Position numbers and translations under genes: made by a program. Positions 45,747 through 46,267 of a stretch of 46,267 nt of DNA are shown here, piece by piece (the first letter of the stretch is position 1; each line of letters starts with the position of its first letter). The notes under the pieces were generated by a model, which did no database searches, was not told the origin of the DNA, and was given only the letters and a program-made list of their open reading frames with translations. Source of the DNA: Candidatus Microgenomates bacterium (GTDB lineage: Bacteria; Patescibacteriota; Microgenomatia; UBA8517); contig JADHUT010000005.1 of NCBI GenBank assembly GCA_016784385.1, positions 1 to 46,267 on the forward strand. Reading direction: 5' to 3'.

Positions 45747-45822
45747 TGGTGCTGAGAGCAAGAATCGAACTTGCATGGCGTGTTCTTCAGACACGTGTCA
45801 TGACCAACTAGACTATCTCAGC
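45747..45822 (-). tRNA. tRNA-Phe(GAA), the only tRNA here with encoded CCA
   Basis: GCTGAGA...CGTGT-CTGAAGA-ACACG...GCAAGTTCGATTCTTGC-TCTCAGC-ACCA. Confidence 0.94.
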
Positions 45823-45870
45823 GAGTCTTACGAAATGAGACAAGCTACGCTTATCTCAGCATGTACTCAT

Positions 45871-46014
45871 TTATGTCAACAATTTTACTATCAAAAAAGC
45901 AATTCCAATTAAAAACATTGCTAATATAATTTTTCCAAAAAACTTTAATTCTGGAACTGTTATAAACGATGTCCAAACTTTTTTTAAAATTTGCTTTACT
46001 TGACCATCTTCCAT
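45871..46014 (-). CDS. Small membrane protein, 47 aa (not in ORF track)
   Basis: MEDGQVKQILKKVWTSFITVPELKFFGKIILAMFLIGIAFLIVKLLT; amphipathic N-terminus plus a TM helix; fills most of the Val-Phe spacer. Confidence 0.55.
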   Translation of the reverse strand: MEDGQVKQILKKVWTSFITVPELKFFGKIILAMFLIGIAFLIVKLLT

Positions 46015-46015
46015 G

Positions 46016-46088
46016 TGCTCGCTGAGGGGCTCGAACCCCCGACCTTTCGGATGTAAACCGAGCGCTCTACCAACTGAGCTAAGCGAGC
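46016..46088 (-). tRNA. tRNA-Val(UAC)
   Basis: GCTCGCT-TAGCTCAGTTGGTAGAGCG-CTCGG-TTTACAT-CCGAA...GGGGGTTCGAGCCCCTC-AGCGAGC-A. Confidence 0.95.
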
Positions 46089-46267
46089 ATCTATACTATT
46101 TTAACACATTTATACACAATTTCAGATATGTGCTGTAATTATACACTTCGCGCGAACCTACTTTGAACAGAACTAAGGAAGCCGCCCCGCCACCGCTCGC
46201 TGACGCTCGCCACCCCACAAAAAAGTTTTCTTATCAATTTTTTATTTTGCGCGCGACCGATTTTTCC

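Noticed and set aside
45200-45912. Track ORFs 45200-45442, 45363-45599, 45528-45794 and 45664-45912
   Set aside because: They overlap tRNA genes. Only the first ~30 codons of 45200 are kept, as a possible recombinase-tail relic.
1-46267. CRISPR array, rRNA, IS transposase or reverse transcriptase
   Set aside because: No regularly spaced repeats and no such motifs were seen by eye.

Overview
AT-rich, gene-dense bacterial window using genetic code 11. Gene content and style (short holA, trimmed GatA and UvrC, archaeal-type PGI/PMI, PEP synthase and DRG GTPase, CCA-less tRNAs, few Shine-Dalgarno sites) suggest a Patescibacteria/CPR, Microgenomates-like genome; this is an inference. Housekeeping blocks: polX-lemA-MFS-htpX; gatCAB-GGDEF-dnaE; rplS-ruvC-holA; pgm-pgi/pmi-ppsA-eno-gpmI; lexA/uvrB/uppP/uvrA/transglutaminase/uvrC; holin-like-secG-SBP-PRTase; pyrG; DRG GTPase. 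There are 11 tRNA genes, all on the minus strand. Most notable: (1) tRNA-Asp(GUC) split inside its anticodon by a 192-nt group I intron; (2) repeated signs of site-specific integration at tRNA 3' ends, including a 1.84-kb integrase-less one-gene cassette between 22-bp direct repeats at tRNA-Lys, with a reading frame kept in register across both repeats; (3) a DUF3800-like gene facing a small two-hairpin antisense RNA candidate; (4) three accessory ORFs that each need a -1 shift at an A-run; (5) unannotated small membrane peptides, one starting 1 nt after tRNA-Val; (6) many apparent leaderless promoters. All family calls come from motif recognition by eye; no searches were run.
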